Assembly: GCA_963841435.1 (NCBI GenBank)
Contig: CAWJCS010000003.1
Location: forward strand, 128,001 to 192,000
Length of the DNA stretch: 64,000 nucleotides
Direction of reading: 5' to 3'
Origin: an uncultured delta proteobacterium
GTDB lineage: Bacteria; Myxococcota_A; Polyangia; Polyangiales; Polyangiaceae
Each line of letters starts with the position of its first letter. Position 1 is the stretch's first letter. Below, piece after piece: positions 61,593 through 64,000 of the stretch. The notes below the pieces were generated by a model, which ran no database searches, was not told the DNA's origin, and saw only the letters and a list, made by a program, of their open reading frames with translations. Position numbers and translations under genes: made by a program.

Positions 61593-62611
61593 GGTGACGT
61601 CGATGTAGCAGAGACGCGGACGGCGTCCAAGGGGGCCTCGGGGGCCGAAACCTGGGCAGGCGCCGCGGCGGCCCGGGGCGAGCCCGTTCGCGGCCCGAGA
61701 CGGAGCGCCCGCACGCGCGCCCCGAACCAGCCACGCGTCAACAGATCGAGCTCGACGAGGGCGGCGACGCGCTCGCGCTCGACCGCCATGGGGTCGCCGC
61801 CGTCGTCGCCCTCGAGCAAGCGAGAGGTCGCCTCGTACCAGGCGAGAACGCGGGCGAGCACCCGTGCCGTCAGACGCTCGGCGGCGCGCTCCCGCTCGAG
61901 TCTGAGGCGCTCGATCGCCAGCTCCTCGTCCGTGAACACGATCTGCCCGAGGTGGAAGGTGGCCGTCGCTTCGAGCGTGAGAGCATCGCCGCCGGCGAGG
62001 CTGAAATGCGTGGGATCATCGACGCTCGGCGCCATGCGCAGCGTCTCGTCGTGCAGGCGCGCCGCGCGCAGCCGGAGGTCGGGCAGCACGGCACGGGCGC
62101 GCGCCCGCGAGCCCATGCCATCGAGGTCGCTCTCCCGCTCCGGAGTGCGCGCCGTGCGCTGAGCGACGCGCACGGCGTCACCGACGAGTCGAGCGAGCAG
62201 TCGCGGCGGAAGTAGCCGGGAGGTTCTGGTCTCGGCGTCGGACGGAGGCGCCACCTTCCCCGTGCCGGACGGCGCGACGCCAGGAGGGGACGCGATGTCG
62301 GCCCCCGGCGCGACGGGCTCGCCGTCGTCGGGCGGCGCGGCGCTCGCGATGCGCTTGGGGGCAAAGAGCCGCTCTAGCGGCACGTCGAGCGTCGCGAAGC
62401 CGAAAAGGGCGGAGTGCGTGGTCGCGCGGTCGAGGCGCGCGCCGACCGAGAGCCGCAAATCGTGAGTGCCCGGGCGCGCGACATCGAGCGCGACGGGCGG
62501 CACCGCCCGGGCAAGCCCAGCGGTCGCGAGCACCGCGATGGCGAGCCCGGTCTGCGTCGTGGCGTGGGTCACGGTGCTCGGGTCGGTCACTCGCGCCACG
62601 GGTTGCCTCAC
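61535..62611 (-). CDS. hypothetical exported protein
   Basis: Signal-like hydrophobic N-terminus, beta then helical region; fills the gap upstream of prfB and overlaps its first 58 nt. Confidence 0.6.
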   Translation of the reverse strand: MRQPVARVTDPSTVTHATTQTGLAIAVLATAGLARAVPPVALDVARPGTHDLRLSVGARLDRATTHSALFGFATLDVPLERLFAPKRIASAAPPDDGEPVAPGADIASPPGVAPSGTGKVAPPSDAETRTSRLLPPRLLARLVGDAVRVAQRTARTPERESDLDGMGSRARARAVLPDLRLRAARLHDETLRMAPSVDDPTHFSLAGGDALTLEATATFHLGQIVFTDEELAIERLRLERERAAERLTARVLARVLAWYEATSRLLEGDDGGDPMAVERERVAALVELDLLTRGWFGARVRALRLGPRTGSPRAAAAPAQVSAPEAPLDAVRVSATSTSPCSPKHATDSPTSCGALTR

Positions 62612-62659
62612 CGTGCCCGCGTTGCACGCGCGGCTCGCGGTGCACTCGAGGTTTGGCGC

Positions 62660-64000
62660 TCAGCCGCCCGCGGCGAGCCAGCTCACCACACGACGGCGAA
62701 GCGCGGAGGGCTCGGGACCCGGCGGAGCAAAGCGAACGCGCACGTCGCCCCTGGACCCTTCGTAGACCCATGCCACCGCTCTCGGCGCGAACGAGCCGCC
62801 GGTCGCAACGCCGAGCGCCGCGCGCACCTCGGCGCCCGCCGGCGGACCCACGACGGGAAGCTCGTGCGCACCGCCCGCGATCGGCAAATCGAGCTCGCCG
62901 CGCTCCACGTTCCCTTCGTTCGCCACGAACCAGACGACGCGCAACACGCTGCCGGCCGCGGGCGACTCGATCTCGTAGAACGCCTGAAAGCGCGCGCCTT
63001 CGCAAAAGAGGGCGCAAAATGCCTCGGGCGCGACCCGCTCCGCGGCGGGGACGACGAGAGCCTGCACCTCCGCAGCGCCGACCAGAGGCGTGGGCACGGG
63101 TTCGTCCCGCGCGGAAGCGACCTCCCCTGGGTCGAGCGCAGGCGGAGCGGCAAGCTCCGTGGACGCCTCCCGCTCGGCGAACATCGCGGCTTCCGGGAGC
63201 GGCGCGGTGCGTTCCATCTCGGGATCCGTCGCCGGCTCGTCGGCGCTCGGTGACGCCGGCTCGGTGGCCACCGGTGGCACGCCGCGTGGCGGCTCGGCGA
63301 CGGTCGGTGCTTCGGCAAAGCCGACCTCGGCGCGGGCCGAAAACGTTGCCTCGCCGTTCGACGGGGGACCCCAGTCGGAGGGCCCGGCCTCGGCGGTGGG
63401 CGCTTCCTCCTCGCCGTACTGCGCGTCCTGACCTGCCGCCACCGCGCCCTCGCCGTCAGGCGCCGCGTGCTCGCCGTATGGCGCCGGACGCGCGCCGCTC
63501 GGTGGCGCGTCGACGGGCGGCTCCGTCGCGGTGCCATCGAAGGCCGGACGGAACCAGTGTTCGCCCTGCTCCTGCCCGCGCCGGCGCGAGCCGGCCTCGC
63601 CGCGCTCGATTCGCTCCTTGAGCGCGTGCGCCGCCGCGTGGTCCGGCTCGTTCGCCAGCACCTGCGAAAGCACGGAAAGCGCGCGATCGGCATGACCCTG
63701 CGCAGAGTAGATCTCGGCGAGCGTCAGCGTCGCCACGGGCGGCGGACCTTGCCACTCGCTCTCCGGTTTCGAATCGCCGCGGATCGCCGCCGCCGCGCCC
63801 GGCAAATTGAGCCCCGCGTCGACCACGCTCGCCACGAGATCGCGTGCGACTCCGAGCCAACCGCGCGAGCGGCGCCGCACCGTCGGGTCAGTCTCGCTGA
63901 GCCGCACGATCTCGTCCCTGAGCTCGATGCGCGTCATCACCTCGGGGCGTTCCGCACCGAGCGCCCGGGCGCGCACGATGAGCTCGTCACGCGAAAGCTG
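62660..64000 (-). CDS. hypothetical protein (short N-terminal helical domain, single TPR, Pro/Glu/Ala linker, C-terminal beta domain); 5' end outside window
   Basis: ATLTLAEIYSAQGH TPR-like motif; frame is open to the window edge. Confidence 0.65.
   Translation of the reverse strand, partial: QLSRDELIVRARALGAERPEVMTRIELRDEIVRLSETDPTVRRRSRGWLGVARDLVASVVDAGLNLPGAAAAIRGDSKPESEWQGPPPVATLTLAEIYSAQGHADRALSVLSQVLANEPDHAAAHALKERIERGEAGSRRRGQEQGEHWFRPAFDGTATEPPVDAPPSGARPAPYGEHAAPDGEGAVAAGQDAQYGEEEAPTAEAGPSDWGPPSNGEATFSARAEVGFAEAPTVAEPPRGVPPVATEPASPSADEPATDPEMERTAPLPEAAMFAEREASTELAAPPALDPGEVASARDEPVPTPLVGAAEVQALVVPAAERVAPEAFCALFCEGARFQAFYEIESPAAGSVLRVVWFVANEGNVERGELDLPIAGGAHELPVVGPPAGAEVRAALGVATGGSFAPRAVAWVYEGSRGDVRVRFAPPGPEPSALRRRVVSWLAAGG

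Overview
Very GC-rich bacterial DNA. The gene content (alternative complex III, Gly-rich lipoproteins, Ser/Thr kinase-STAND-TPR protein, ECF sigma module) suggests a myxobacterium of the Polyangiaceae/Sorangium type; this is inference only. The first ~42 kb look accessory: pqiB-pqiC, a cation:proton antiporter, an actABCDEFG + caa3-type oxidase (coxBACD) operon, a flavoprotein/DUF4396 unit, a six-BON lipoprotein, an SDR, an ASRT-ThDP enzyme-enolase-FAD/FeS operon, an orphan multi-GAF histidine kinase, a LysR remnant, tamAB, OmpA, DMT and PEBP lipoprotein genes. The last ~22 kb are mostly core or signalling genes: phoH, a membrane pseudo-bEBP, a kinase-STAND protein, an ECF module, an aminotransferase, astA, lysS, lolC/E, lolD and prfB with its programmed +1 frameshift. 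The main pattern the ORF track does not show is twelve sigma54-type (-24/-12) promoter motifs, each correctly placed and oriented before a transcription unit. Two pairs are back-to-back, and five sit only 12-14 nt before an ATG, implying near-leaderless mRNAs. Three genes (pqiC, coxB, tamB) each carry one extra base, probably assembly indels. I saw no rRNA, tRNA, CRISPR array or transposase.
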